Below are positions 38,302 to 47,727 of a DNA stretch of 64,000 nucleotides, piece by piece. The position numbers were made by a program, and so were the translations under genes. Every line of letters starts with the position of its first letter. Position 1 is the first letter of the stretch. The notes beneath the pieces were generated by a model. That model saw nothing but the letters and a program-made list of their open reading frames with translations, searched no databases and was not told where the DNA came from. The DNA is from Candidatus Parcubacteria bacterium (GTDB lineage: Bacteria > Patescibacteriota > Minisyncoccia > Phycocordibacterales > Zambryskibacteraceae): positions 1,181-65,180 of the forward strand of contig JAIFWO010000001.1 of assembly GCA_019661895.1 (NCBI GenBank). Direction: 5' to 3'.

Positions 38302-38336
38302 ACCGCCCTTCGAGAATCTCGGGGCGGTTTTTGTAT
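38302..38336 (+). terminator. intrinsic terminator after ftsZ
   Basis: The hairpin accgccc-...-gggcggt is followed by ttttgt. Confidence 0.55.
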
Positions 38337-38390
38337 CGGTTTTTGTATCTTGGCACTTTTCTGATACTCTTATAGCACTAAGAAAAAATT

Positions 38391-39308
38391 ATGTACGACT
38401 TGATCATTATTGGTGGCGGACCGGCGGGGGTCAGTGCGGGCGTATACGCGGCGAGGAAGATGCTTAAGACCTTGCTTATCACGGAATCCTTCGGCGGACA
38501 GTCGACGGACTCGATGGGCATCCAAAACTGGATCGGCACCGTTGAGATCGCCGGACCAGACCTCGGCAAAAGCTTGGAGGCACATTTGCGCGCGTATGCG
38601 GATGGTGTTGTTGATATTAAGACCAATACCCGCGTGTCGAAAATTTCAAAGACTGACAGCAGCTTTGCCGTAGAAGCCGATGGGCAGTCTTATACTACAA
38701 AGACCGTGCTTATTGCGACAGGCTCCTCCCGCCGGAAGCTCGAGGTACCAGGGGCTAAAGAATATGAGAACAAGGGGGTGACGTACTGCGCCTCGTGCGA
38801 TGGTCCCCTCTTCTCTGGCCAAGACGTAGCGGTTGTGGGAGGCGGCAATGCCGGCTTCGAGAGCGCGGCCCAACTCCTGGCGTACTGTAAGTCGGTCACT
38901 CTCTTAAATAGAGGTGAGCACTTCAAGGCCGATGAGATGACGGTGGCCAAAGTCCTTGCCAATCCTAAGATGAAGGCTATCAAAAACGTGGTGCCCAAAG
39001 AGATCAAAGGCGAGAAGTTCGTCAAAGCCCTTGTCTACGAAGACGTCAATACGCATGAGGTCAGTGAGATCGCGGTAAATGGGATATTTGTCGAGATCGG
39101 GCTTATCCCTGCCACGGGCTTGGTGGAGGGTTTGGTACCGCTTAATGAGTACAAGCAAATTATCATTGATCACAAGACTCAACGCACGCAAGTGGAAGGC
39201 ATTTGGGCAGCTGGCGACTCGACCGATGCTCTCTATCATCAAAACAACATCGCCTCTGGCGATGCGGTCAAAGCTCTCGAAGATATCTATCTATATATCC
39301 ACGCATAA
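38391..39308 (+). CDS. trxB: thioredoxin-disulfide reductase
   Basis: The motifs are IIIGGGPAG, CASCDG (redox-active) and VVGGGNAG. Confidence 0.9.
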   Translation: MYDLIIIGGGPAGVSAGVYAARKMLKTLLITESFGGQSTDSMGIQNWIGTVEIAGPDLGKSLEAHLRAYADGVVDIKTNTRVSKISKTDSSFAVEADGQSYTTKTVLIATGSSRRKLEVPGAKEYENKGVTYCASCDGPLFSGQDVAVVGGGNAGFESAAQLLAYCKSVTLLNRGEHFKADEMTVAKVLANPKMKAIKNVVPKEIKGEKFVKALVYEDVNTHEVSEIAVNGIFVEIGLIPATGLVEGLVPLNEYKQIIIDHKTQRTQVEGIWAAGDSTDALYHQNNIASGDAVKALEDIYLYIHA

Positions 39309-39351
39309 GAAAAACCCACCAGGCTTGTGGCCAAGTGGGCATGGAGCTTAA

Positions 39352-40767
39352 CTACGGAATGGGTATTCTTGCTCCGAGGAATACCGCTGACTGCTTCGGC
39401 GGCGGGCATGCGTTGACCGCGCCGACACTCGAACATGCGTACGAACTCGACTTCGAGCCGCAATCTTTGCTGATGATGCAATACCCCGCAACAACCGCAC
39501 CGATCGCCCCACCTATCTTGATGGCCTTGCCCCATGGGAAGTTATCCTTCACATAGAGCGTATCGAAGTGCTGCCGCGTCTCGTAACGATCGTGGACCAC
39601 GACTGAATCACGCATTGTGACCGTGTCGTGGACAACCGTGGTGTCGTGCACAAGCACGGTATCCACTCGTCTGGTCGGTACGATCTTGGCAACCTGCCTT
39701 GAGGCAGTGTCCTTGGTTATTGGGATCCGTTGCTTAGAGGTTGGCCGCTTCTTGGTCGTATCCTGCTGGACCGACTGCTTGACGGCGTTGCCGACCTTCG
39801 CCACTTCGCCCGCGGCAGCAACTTCTGTCTTCGGCTTCGAAGACACGAGCTGTTGCAACTTCTTGACCGAGTCCCGCCACTTGGCATCACGCATACGTCC
39901 GAGGGAATCCTCATACCCAGACTGCGCAACAACAGCGGCTTTCTTGATCGAGTCGACATTCGCCGGCAGTCTCACCGTATCGACATTCGTGACTGTGTCA
40001 TGAATTTCGATAGGTTTAGACTTTACAGCAACGTATTGCGTGTCGACGCGCGCCGGCACTTTGCGTGCCTTAGCGAGTGAGTCAGCCCGAGCTGATGCTT
40101 TGCTTGCGACGAGTTGAACTGCATGCAAGCTTTCTTGCAACTTCTTCTGCGCTGCAGCAGCGTCTGCCAAGGCCTTTTTGAGCGGGCCTGAGTCAACAAC
40201 TGTAACGGTGAGCTGCGGAGTCGGCTTCGGTTCGAGTGCCTTACCAGGACTCATGCCCATGGTGATCAGCGCAGGAGTATCAACTAGCTTATGCTTCGCT
40301 GGATCGAAATCGCCTGCGAGATTCTTGAGCATCGGCTGGTTTGGTCGACTCGGTGTTGCGGATGCATTCGACTTCGGCTTCTCACTTGCACTTTTCGTAC
40401 TTGCGAGCGCCTTGGCCGGTGCCCTCTTCGGCGTATCGTGCATGAGTGAGAAGAGGCTGCACACCTTGCCTGTCTGGAAGAATACTCGAACAGTGTCCGG
40501 GCCGAGTTCGAAAGTAGTTCCGGATACCCAACCAGGCTTCACGTCTATTACATGTCTCAGATGACCGCGGGGGGGGAGCGGGTGAGGCTTGAGCGAGGCA
40601 TCCGGTGCGTCGTAAACGAGTACCGGATTGTTGCAAAGAGCCTTATCGGCCATGAGACTATCCAGCAGCTTCTGCCGGTCAGGTACCACCTTCTCTGGCG
40701 TCTTCACTTGAGCCCAAAGGCCCTGGAAGGCCGTAAAGAGGCCCAAAACTACCAACTTGAGTCGCAT
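39352..40767 (-). CDS. hypothetical secreted low-complexity protein with C-terminal hydrophobic/Cys-rich tail; contains a G8 tract
   Basis: A signal peptide MRLKLVVLGLFTAFQGLWAQV is present. Lys/Ala/Thr-rich repeats follow. Confidence 0.4.
   Translation of the reverse strand: MRLKLVVLGLFTAFQGLWAQVKTPEKVVPDRQKLLDSLMADKALCNNPVLVYDAPDASLKPHPLPPRGHLRHVIDVKPGWVSGTTFELGPDTVRVFFQTGKVCSLFSLMHDTPKRAPAKALASTKSASEKPKSNASATPSRPNQPMLKNLAGDFDPAKHKLVDTPALITMGMSPGKALEPKPTPQLTVTVVDSGPLKKALADAAAAQKKLQESLHAVQLVASKASARADSLAKARKVPARVDTQYVAVKSKPIEIHDTVTNVDTVRLPANVDSIKKAAVVAQSGYEDSLGRMRDAKWRDSVKKLQQLVSSKPKTEVAAAGEVAKVGNAVKQSVQQDTTKKRPTSKQRIPITKDTASRQVAKIVPTRRVDTVLVHDTTVVHDTVTMRDSVVVHDRYETRQHFDTLYVKDNFPWGKAIKIGGAIGAVVAGYCIISKDCGSKSSSYACSSVGAVNACPPPKQSAVFLGARIPIP
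40569..40576. repeat. G8/C8 homopolymer inside the 39352-40767 gene (codons HPLPPRG)
   Basis: Eight consecutive G on the plus strand. Confidence 0.8.
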
Positions 40768-40898
40768 GAGGAAGCTCCTTCGTGGAAGGTAAACGGTATA
40801 TTACGAAGATCACTCTGATAGGCACTGTATCACGCTCTTTCGCATTTGTAAAGAGCTCTGCACTATAGAGACGTACTGACGAGATAAGGCTTACTTTG

Positions 40899-40971
40899 TG
40901 CGCGATACAGGATTCGAACCTGTGACCCTCCCCACGTCAAGGGGATGCTCTACCAACTGAGCTAACCGCGC
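40899..40971 (-). tRNA. tRNA-Val (anticodon GAC)
   Basis: Reverse-complement fold. The acceptor pairs gcgcggt with atcgcgc. The loop is ttGACgt and the T-arm is acagg-ttcgaat-cctgt. Confidence 0.8.
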
Positions 40972-41011
40972 GCAAGTGTTACTTTACACGAAATATAAAT
41001 TTTCCGAAAGT

Positions 41012-41449
41012 CTACTTATTGACCACCAAAGTCTTGGCCAAGATGTCGTGGAGACCTTGCTTCTTAGCAGTGAAGGCCACCATGAGGAAGCCGATGCCAA
41101 GGATAATACCGGAGAGAATCTTGCCGAAGTAGCGGCCAGTGGCTCGAGCAAAGTCGACGCGCGCGCCACTCAGATCAGTGACCTTAATACCAAGAGCCAT
41201 CTTACCAAGCGTGGCCTGATACTTCGAACTCTCAAGAAGAGAATAGTATAGCCAACCAAGAGCGATCTTCACCACTCCGGCACTGGCTCCAAAGCTGGCA
41301 TAAAACTTAGGTCCGTACACAGCGGGTCCATGCATCGGCCAACCTCCAAAGCCGAGTACAGACATGGCCGCACCCACGATCAATCCGTCTAAGATCACTG
41401 CCAAAACTCTCTTCCAAAATCCTGCATATACAACTGTGGTGGTGTCCAT
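41012..41449 (-). CDS. RDD-family membrane protein
   Basis: RDD-like organisation (GFWKRVLAVILDGLIV ... QGLHDILAKTLVV). Confidence 0.6.
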   Translation of the reverse strand: MDTTTVVYAGFWKRVLAVILDGLIVGAAMSVLGFGGWPMHGPAVYGPKFYASFGASAGVVKIALGWLYYSLLESSKYQATLGKMALGIKVTDLSGARVDFARATGRYFGKILSGIILGIGFLMVAFTAKKQGLHDILAKTLVVNK

Positions 41450-41481
41450 GGTATTTAGATTATAAAATTATTATAGCACTG

Positions 41482-41568
41482 CGGAGGAGGAGAGATTCGA
41501 ACTCTCGAGACCCTTTCGAGCCTGCTGGTTTTCGAAACCAGTGCCTTCAACCACTCAGCCACTCCTCC
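41482..41568 (-). tRNA. tRNA-Ser (anticodon CGA)
   Basis: The acceptor pairs ggaggag with ctcctcc. The loop is ttCGAaa, there is a long variable arm, and the T-arm is gagag-ttcgaat-ctctc. Confidence 0.8.
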
Positions 41569-41627
41569 GTATAAGCGCTCAAACTATAGCATTTTTGGCA
41601 TTAAATGCTAGTATTAGGCCGGTTTAA

Positions 41628-41699
41628 GGCCCTATCGTCTATCGGTTAGGACGAAAGCTTTTCAAGCTTTAAAGCCGGGTTCGACTCCCGGTAGGGTCA
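41628..41699 (+). tRNA. tRNA-Glu (anticodon TTC)
   Basis: The acceptor pairs ggcccta with tagggtc. The loop is ttTTCaa and the T-arm is ccggg-ttcgact-cccgg. Confidence 0.8.
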
Positions 41700-41702
41700 T
41701 GC

Positions 41703-42743
41703 GTGAAAATTCTTGCCATAGAAACAAGTTGCGACGAGACGGCAATTTGTATATTGGAGGCCACTGGCGAGTTGCCGGAACCTCATTTCAAAGTGCTTGG
41801 CAATTCCCTTCTTTCCCAGATCCATATCCACCAAGACTACGGCGGCGTTTACCCGATGCTGGCCAAGAGAGAACATATAAAGAATTTGCCCGTGCTCTTA
41901 GAGAAGATTTTAGAAGAAGCTGGTGGGATGGAAGGGGTAGATGTAATCGCCGTCACCGCTGGTCCTGGGCTCGAACCTGCTCTTTGGACTGGGATCGAAT
42001 TTGCTAAAGACTTGGGAGAGAAATGGAAGAAGCCCGTGTTACCAGTCAATCACATGCATGGACATATGTTCTCCTTCCTATTCGAGCCATCCGAGCTCGT
42101 CAAATTCCCGGCTCTTGCCCTCCTTGTCTCAGGCGGACACACGGAGATCGTCCTTATGAAGAGCTTCAAGGATTACGAGATCATAGGCAAGACACGCGAC
42201 GACGCCGTGGGCGAGGCCTTCGACAAAGTCGCCAGGCTCCTCGACCTCCCTTACCCTGGCGGTCCCAAGATCTCGGCCTTGGCAGACATGCATAGGCAAA
42301 AGGGTCTCGCTTCAGAGATTATCTTCCCAAGGCCGATGATCAATACCGACGACTTCGACTTCTCATACTCCGGGCTCAAGACCTCGGTACTCTACACTAT
42401 TAAAAAGCTTGGCGTGCTTAACGAAGAGAAAAAAGAGGAAATCGCTCACGCCTTCGAGGACGCGGCCATAGAGGTGCTGATAGAAAAGACGAAAAGGGCC
42501 TTAGACAAATTCGGTGCCTCAACTCTTATCGTCGGCGGCGGAGTCTCGGCCAATCGTTACCTCCAGGAGAGGCTTAGAGGGCTCGCTCTAGAGCTCGCTC
42601 TCGACTTGCGTTTACCTCCACCTGCACTCACCACAGACAACGCGATCATGATCGGTATCGGAGCGTATGTGGCCATACTCAATCACCCAAAGATTTTGGG
42701 CACAACACGAGAGATTACCGCACAAGGCAACCTCGGTATTTAA
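41703..42743 (+). CDS. tsaD: tRNA N6-adenosine threonylcarbamoyltransferase
   Basis: The N-terminus reads (V)KILAIETSCDETAI. Metal-binding H..H motifs are present. GTG start. Confidence 0.9.
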   Translation: MKILAIETSCDETAICILEATGELPEPHFKVLGNSLLSQIHIHQDYGGVYPMLAKREHIKNLPVLLEKILEEAGGMEGVDVIAVTAGPGLEPALWTGIEFAKDLGEKWKKPVLPVNHMHGHMFSFLFEPSELVKFPALALLVSGGHTEIVLMKSFKDYEIIGKTRDDAVGEAFDKVARLLDLPYPGGPKISALADMHRQKGLASEIIFPRPMINTDDFDFSYSGLKTSVLYTIKKLGVLNEEKKEEIAHAFEDAAIEVLIEKTKRALDKFGASTLIVGGGVSANRYLQERLRGLALELALDLRLPPPALTTDNAIMIGIGAYVAILNHPKILGTTREITAQGNLGI

Positions 42744-43850
42744 TTATTTCTTCAGCTCGGTCTTCTCGATCTTCGTCTCAACTTTGGCAGGCTCTGTCTT
42801 AACTTCCGTTTTGGTCTCCTTGATGGCGTCTGGGGTAGTAGTGACAGTAGTGGTCTTAGTGATCGAGGCAGGAGGCATTGGTATAGCCGCACTTTTTACT
42901 GAGTACCAATTCTTTATAGCGCTTCTCTGCGGATAGAGAGCCATGGTTATAAGAGAGATCAGAAGAGCGAGGGCAAAAGGCAAGATAAGACACCACTCGC
43001 TTAAGGCCCAGGCAATGGCGATGGCCACCAAGAGGCCGAGAGCCACAGCAACCCACTTAGTGAAGAATCTCTTCTTAGTATTTTCTGGAAGGTCGCTGTA
43101 TAGGACATCCTCAAGGACACTTGCGAGGATATAAAGGACAACAAGGATGAGGAGGAGTTCCCAGAGGCACTGGAAGAAGTTACCAACACCCTTTGGCATT
43201 GAGAATATGGCTGCGGCGAGACCCCTGATATTTTGTCCTTTAGGAGTCGAGGTGGCCTCTCCTACTATCGGTGCCAGAGGGCCGGTACTCGTACCAGACC
43301 CAACCTCACCGCCGGAGGTACTGCCGCCATAGTAACCAGGAGGCAGCTCAGGATTGATGCCTTGGGCTCTGAGGCTCTCTATAAGAGCTTTGTAGGCCAC
43401 AATTTCTTGCTGTTGGGCATCATTTAGCGGATATATAGTCTGGCAGTAGATCTCGTTTATCTTCTTAAGGGTCAAAATATAGACATATCCGGTAGGCTGA
43501 GTAAGGCCCCAAGGAGTCAGGATATCGCTCTGGAATTTGACCTGGAAGGCGGAGACCGCATCAAACGTAGCCTGGTCAAAGACACCTGTAAGGGACACCG
43601 TGTCGTAGCCTTCGATATACTTCAAGAAGGATTGCAGGAGGTAGACTTGGTCTGGGTCATTCACAAAGTCGATGCGCATGTAGTCGTGGAGATACAGGCA
43701 GGCTGCAACTGGATTATGGCTTCCGCCAGTCGAACTGCCGCCCGAAGAGCTGCCGCTACTGCTGCCTCCCCCCCGCCCCCACCACCGCCACCTCCTCCTC
43801 CACCAGGTTGAGTAACGGTGATAACCAAGTTCGTATTTGTGGTACCGCAA
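42744..43850 (-). CDS. C-terminal module of split surface protein: Gly/Ser linker, putative peptidoglycan-binding (PG_binding_1-like) domain, multi-TM anchor, Lys/Thr-rich tail
   Basis: After GGGSSSGSSSGG comes the segment TVSLTGVFDQATFDAVSAFQVKF...GYVYILTLKKIN. Hydrophobic helices follow. The frame is +1 relative to the upstream 43661-45349 ORF. Confidence 0.5.
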   Translation of the reverse strand: MRYHKYELGYHRYSTWWRRRWRWWGRGGGSSSGSSSGGSSTGGSHNPVAACLYLHDYMRIDFVNDPDQVYLLQSFLKYIEGYDTVSLTGVFDQATFDAVSAFQVKFQSDILTPWGLTQPTGYVYILTLKKINEIYCQTIYPLNDAQQQEIVAYKALIESLRAQGINPELPPGYYGGSTSGGEVGSGTSTGPLAPIVGEATSTPKGQNIRGLAAAIFSMPKGVGNFFQCLWELLLILVVLYILASVLEDVLYSDLPENTKKRFFTKWVAVALGLLVAIAIAWALSEWCLILPFALALLISLITMALYPQRSAIKNWYSVKSAAIPMPPASITKTTTVTTTPDAIKETKTEVKTEPAKVETKIEKTELKK

Positions 43851-45349
43851 TTATTGGTAGCGGTGAGAGGGATAGTGTACGTGCCGGCAGTAGTGGGATT
43901 GCCGCTTATGGTGTTGGTACTTGAGGCGAAGCTGAATCCCTCAGGCAGGCTTGAGGTAGCTACGGTGTAGCTGTTAACCGTTGTGCTTGAGAAGGTAAAT
44001 ACATATGCGAAGTTTGCTCCACGCGTAGTGGACACTGATAGCGGACTTGTAAACTCAGGCAATGGGCACGAGCCGCCACCATTGTTCGGATTGGAGACGG
44101 TGATCACAAGGTTAGCTGGAGTATTACCACAATTGTTAGTAGCGGTAAGTGGAATGGTGAAGGTTCCCGCAGTGGTAGTAGTACCGCTTATAGTATTGGT
44201 ACTAGTGGAAAATGAGAGTCCAGCCGGAAGGCTTGAGGTAGCTACAATGAAGTTCGAGACCGTAGTGCTTGAGAAGGTGAAGGTGTAGGTAAAGGCCGAG
44301 CCGACGGTCGTCGAGGCCGCGAGCGAGCTTGTGAAGGCGGGCAATGGGCAGGAACCTCCGCCGGCGGGGATAACATTGACGGTCACAGAGTCGCTGGCTG
44401 TATCGGTACCGTTTGAACACTCAATAGTAATGACCTTAGAAGCATTATCGGCAGGATAATAATCGTGGCCAACACCTATCGGAGTACTCGATCCAGAAGT
44501 CTCAACACTCGAGTTTGCCGGAGAGGTTTGCTGGCAAGAGGTGGCATTTGAGGAGGTCCAGGTATATACGAAGGTATCGCCATGGGTAATGGTGACAGGA
44601 CCATCTGAACCATTAACCTTCACATCCACTATTGGAGTAGTAGTTGCAGGAGGAGTGGTCGTACCACCGCTTAGGTTGATAGTAACAGAGTCGGAAGCAG
44701 TATTTGATCCGTCGCTGCATTCAATAGTAATGATGATCGGGCTCGTTGCAGACGGATAGAAGGTCGTATTGCCCGATCCAATCTCTGGACTTACACCGGA
44801 AGTCTCAATACTAGAATTTTCTGGTGAAGTTTGCTGGCAAGTAGTAGCAAAGGATGAAGTCCAACTGTATGTGTAGGTGCCACCTTGGTTTAAAGTGACA
44901 GGACCATCGGAGCCATTTGCCTTGACGTCTATCAAAACAGCGTTGGTCGGAGGAGGGGTCACTGTCACCGAAGCAAGACTTATAGTTACAGAGTCACTTG
45001 CGGTGTTTACTCCATCAGAACACTCGATGGTAATAACCGTTGGATTACCCTCAGTAGGATAGTAAGGATGATCTGAAGGCACAGGTCCATCTGATCCAGA
45101 AGTCACAACACTCGAGTTTGCCGGAGAGGTTTGCTGACAAGAGGTGGCATTTGAGGAGGTCCAGGAGTATGAAAATGATTCGCCAGAGTTAAGGATGACG
45201 GATCCATCAGAGCCATTGACCTTGAGGTCGACGGATATTGTGGTATCAGCCAGAGCAAGTAACGGCAAGTTACCCAAGACAAAGGTCATAAGGATGAAAA
45301 CCTTACCAATGCGGCCGACAAACTTGTGGCGCTGTATATATGCGTTCAT
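43661..45349 (-). CDS. N-terminal part of large adhesin-like surface protein (signal peptide, 3x ~100-aa Ig-like repeats, 2x He_PIG-like repeats, poly-Gly), terminated shortly after a poly-G tract
   Basis: The signal peptide ends ...NLPLLALA. Three repeats have the form VNGSDGPV...SWTSS.AT.CQQTSP.NSS..TSG...ECSDG. Two further repeats have the form SGxxTTAGT(F/Y)TIPLTATNNCG. Confidence 0.6.
   Translation of the reverse strand: MNAYIQRHKFVGRIGKVFILMTFVLGNLPLLALADTTISVDLKVNGSDGSVILNSGESFSYSWTSSNATSCQQTSPANSSVVTSGSDGPVPSDHPYYPTEGNPTVITIECSDGVNTASDSVTISLASVTVTPPPTNAVLIDVKANGSDGPVTLNQGGTYTYSWTSSFATTCQQTSPENSSIETSGVSPEIGSGNTTFYPSATSPIIITIECSDGSNTASDSVTINLSGGTTTPPATTTPIVDVKVNGSDGPVTITHGDTFVYTWTSSNATSCQQTSPANSSVETSGSSTPIGVGHDYYPADNASKVITIECSNGTDTASDSVTVNVIPAGGGSCPLPAFTSSLAASTTVGSAFTYTFTFSSTTVSNFIVATSSLPAGLSFSTSTNTISGTTTTAGTFTIPLTATNNCGNTPANLVITVSNPNNGGGSCPLPEFTSPLSVSTTRGANFAYVFTFSSTTVNSYTVATSSLPEGFSFASSTNTISGNPTTAGTYTIPLTATNNCGTTNTNLVITVTQPGGGGGGGGGGGGEAAVAAALRAAVRLAEAIIQLQPACISTTTCASTL
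43768..43774. repeat. C7 (G7 on coding strand) homopolymer at the junction of the two adhesin ORFs, candidate slipped-strand phase-variation site
   Basis: By hand translation, adding one G to the coding strand makes GGGGGSSSGSSSGGSSTGGSHNPV... continuous with the 42744-43850 ORF. Confidence 0.6.
43870..45250. repeat. in-frame tandem DNA repeats (~300 nt x3 and ~270 nt x2) encoding the adhesin repeat domains
   Basis: Long repeated nucleotide blocks are visible, e.g. recurring ...gaggtttgctg(g/a)caag(a/t)gg.... Confidence 0.6.
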
Positions 45350-45630
45350 ATTTCAAACTCTACATTAAGTTATAAGACTGTCAACTGGTACCAAAACTTA
45401 CATGAATGCATAAAGTCCTTATTTATCAACATATTCTAAGACTTTGTCCTTTATAGCTAAAACGTCCTTGAAAGAAAGTGTGAGAAATTAAAAATATTCA
45501 ACCAATGTCTGACAAGATACGACGCTAAATATGATTTGCCAAAAATTCTTAAAAGTGGTGCTAGATTTGTCCTTTTAATATAAGCTTTATACATAAGCCT
45601 AAACTCAAGAATATGCTAAAATAGCCCTAA

Positions 45631-47727
45631 ATGGATGCGAAATTCTTAAAACCCTACTCCCCTGCCGAGACCGAAGGCCGGATCTATAAGCTCTGGGAGG
45701 AAAGCGGCCTCTTTAACCCAGACAAATGCATCGAGGATGGAGTGGCAGACGCTCACGCAGACACCTTCTCAGTTGTCCTGCCTCCTCCAAACGTCACTGG
45801 CACCCTCCACATGGGCAGCGCTCTTATGCTGGCTATCCAAGACACGCTGGTACGCTTCTCGCGTATGCGCGGCAAACGAACCCTTTGGATACCCGGCACA
45901 GACTCGGCCGCCATAGCGACCCAAGCCAAGGTGGAAAAGGACATCCAGAAGTCCGAGGGTAAGTCCCACCACAAACTTGGACGCGAAGAGCTTTTGAAAC
46001 GCATAGATACTTTCGTCGAGGAGAACAAGTCCACCATACTCTCACAGATTCGCGGCATGGGCGCCTCGGTCGATTGGAGCCGCTACGCGTACACCATGGA
46101 CGAGAGGCGCTACGATGCGGTGATGGAGGCCTTCATACGCATGTACGATGCCGGACTTATATACAGAGGCAGTAGGATCGTTAACTGGGACCCCAGAGGC
46201 CAGACGACGATCTCAGATGATGAGATCGTCTATGAGGAGGAGAAGGCGACTTTGTATTATCTCAGATACGGTCCCTTTACCATCACCACCGCTCGTCCAG
46301 AGACAAAGTTTGGCGATAAGTACGTGGTCATGCACCCTGACGATGAGAGATACAAGGATTTCAAGCACCAAGATACAATCGAGCTCGAATGGATCAATGG
46401 TCCGGTGAAGGCAACTGTCATTAAAGACGTCAACATCGACATGGCCTTTGGTACCGGGGTCATGACTATTACCCCCTGGCACGACCAGGTGGACTTCGAG
46501 ATGGCAGAAAGGCATGACCTCGACAAAGAGCAGATCATCGATCAGTTCGGCAAACTCTTGCCAGTAGCAGGAGAATTCTCCGGCATGAAGATCGCTGAAG
46601 CGCGCCCGAAGATAGTTGAGAAGATGCGAGCCAAGGGCCTGGTGGCCAAAGAGGAGCCTTATGTCCACAACATAGCCACAGCTGAACGAACTGGCGGCAG
46701 AATAGAGCCTCAGATAATGAAACAATGGTTCATAAACGTTAATAAGCCTGTCGCCACCCGCGGGAACAATACACTCAAAGAACTGATGCGCGAGCCGGTA
46801 GAGAAAGCGGCCATTGAGATTATCCCGGAATACTTAGACAAAACGTACTTCAATTGGATAGACAATTTGCGCGACTGGTGTATCTCGAGACAAATATGGT
46901 TTGGCCACAGGATACCTGTTTGGTACAAAGGTGAGGAAATATATTGCGGTAATGGAAAGCCTGTGGGAGAGGGCTGGGAGCAAGACTCGGACGTACTTGA
47001 TACGTGGTTTTCTTCGGCTTTATGGACCTTCTCCACCCTCGGCTGGCCAGAGGAGACAGCGGATCTTAAGACATATCATCCAACGGCTCTCCTTGAGACT
47101 GGTTATGACATCATCTTCTTTTGGGTGGCTCGCATGATCCTCATGAGTCAATTCCATCTTGGAGAGGTCCCCTTCCGCACTGTTTACTTGCACGGCCTGG
47201 TGCGTGACAAAGAGGGCAAGAAGATCTCAAAGTCGCTGGGCAATAACATCGACCCGCTCGATATGGGCTTGAAGTATGGCATGGACGCGGTCAGGTTCGC
47301 CCTCATAAGCGGCCAGGCTCCAGGGACCGACTCAAGGATCTCGGAGGATAAGATCAGAGGGTACAAAAACTTCGCGAACAAACTTTGGAATATCACCCGC
47401 TTTATACTTTCTCAGGAGAAAACAGGGGAACTTAAGCAAGAGTTGATCGATGAGCTTCAAGCCCTTATGCTAGACATAACGAAGGATATCGAAGAGTATC
47501 GCCTCCACCTGGCAGCCGAGAAGATCTACCACTACGTTTGGCACCGCTTGGCAGACGAGATCATCGAGGAAAGCAAGGGTAAGCCGGAGTATGGCGCGAC
47601 GCTCTACTATATCCTTGAGAATGTCTTGAAGCTCCTCCACCCCTTTATGCCATTTGTCACGGAAGAAATATGGCAAAGCATATATAATGAAGAGCGTATG
47701 CTTATGGTTAGCAAGTGGCCGATATGA
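45631..47727 (+). CDS. valS: valine--tRNA ligase (short form, C-terminal coiled-coil absent)
   Basis: HIGH-region reads PPPNVTGTLHMGSAL, KMSKS reads KISKSLGN, and a ValRS-like block reads WCISRQIWFGHRIPVWY. Confidence 0.8.
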   Translation: MDAKFLKPYSPAETEGRIYKLWEESGLFNPDKCIEDGVADAHADTFSVVLPPPNVTGTLHMGSALMLAIQDTLVRFSRMRGKRTLWIPGTDSAAIATQAKVEKDIQKSEGKSHHKLGREELLKRIDTFVEENKSTILSQIRGMGASVDWSRYAYTMDERRYDAVMEAFIRMYDAGLIYRGSRIVNWDPRGQTTISDDEIVYEEEKATLYYLRYGPFTITTARPETKFGDKYVVMHPDDERYKDFKHQDTIELEWINGPVKATVIKDVNIDMAFGTGVMTITPWHDQVDFEMAERHDLDKEQIIDQFGKLLPVAGEFSGMKIAEARPKIVEKMRAKGLVAKEEPYVHNIATAERTGGRIEPQIMKQWFINVNKPVATRGNNTLKELMREPVEKAAIEIIPEYLDKTYFNWIDNLRDWCISRQIWFGHRIPVWYKGEEIYCGNGKPVGEGWEQDSDVLDTWFSSALWTFSTLGWPEETADLKTYHPTALLETGYDIIFFWVARMILMSQFHLGEVPFRTVYLHGLVRDKEGKKISKSLGNNIDPLDMGLKYGMDAVRFALISGQAPGTDSRISEDKIRGYKNFANKLWNITRFILSQEKTGELKQELIDELQALMLDITKDIEEYRLHLAAEKIYHYVWHRLADEIIEESKGKPEYGATLYYILENVLKLLHPFMPFVTEEIWQSIYNEERMLMVSKWPI

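Noticed and set aside
43870-45250. Regular repeats considered as a CRISPR array
   Set aside because: The repeats are about 300 nt, in-frame and encode Ig-like protein domains. There is no short repeat-spacer periodicity and no cas genes.
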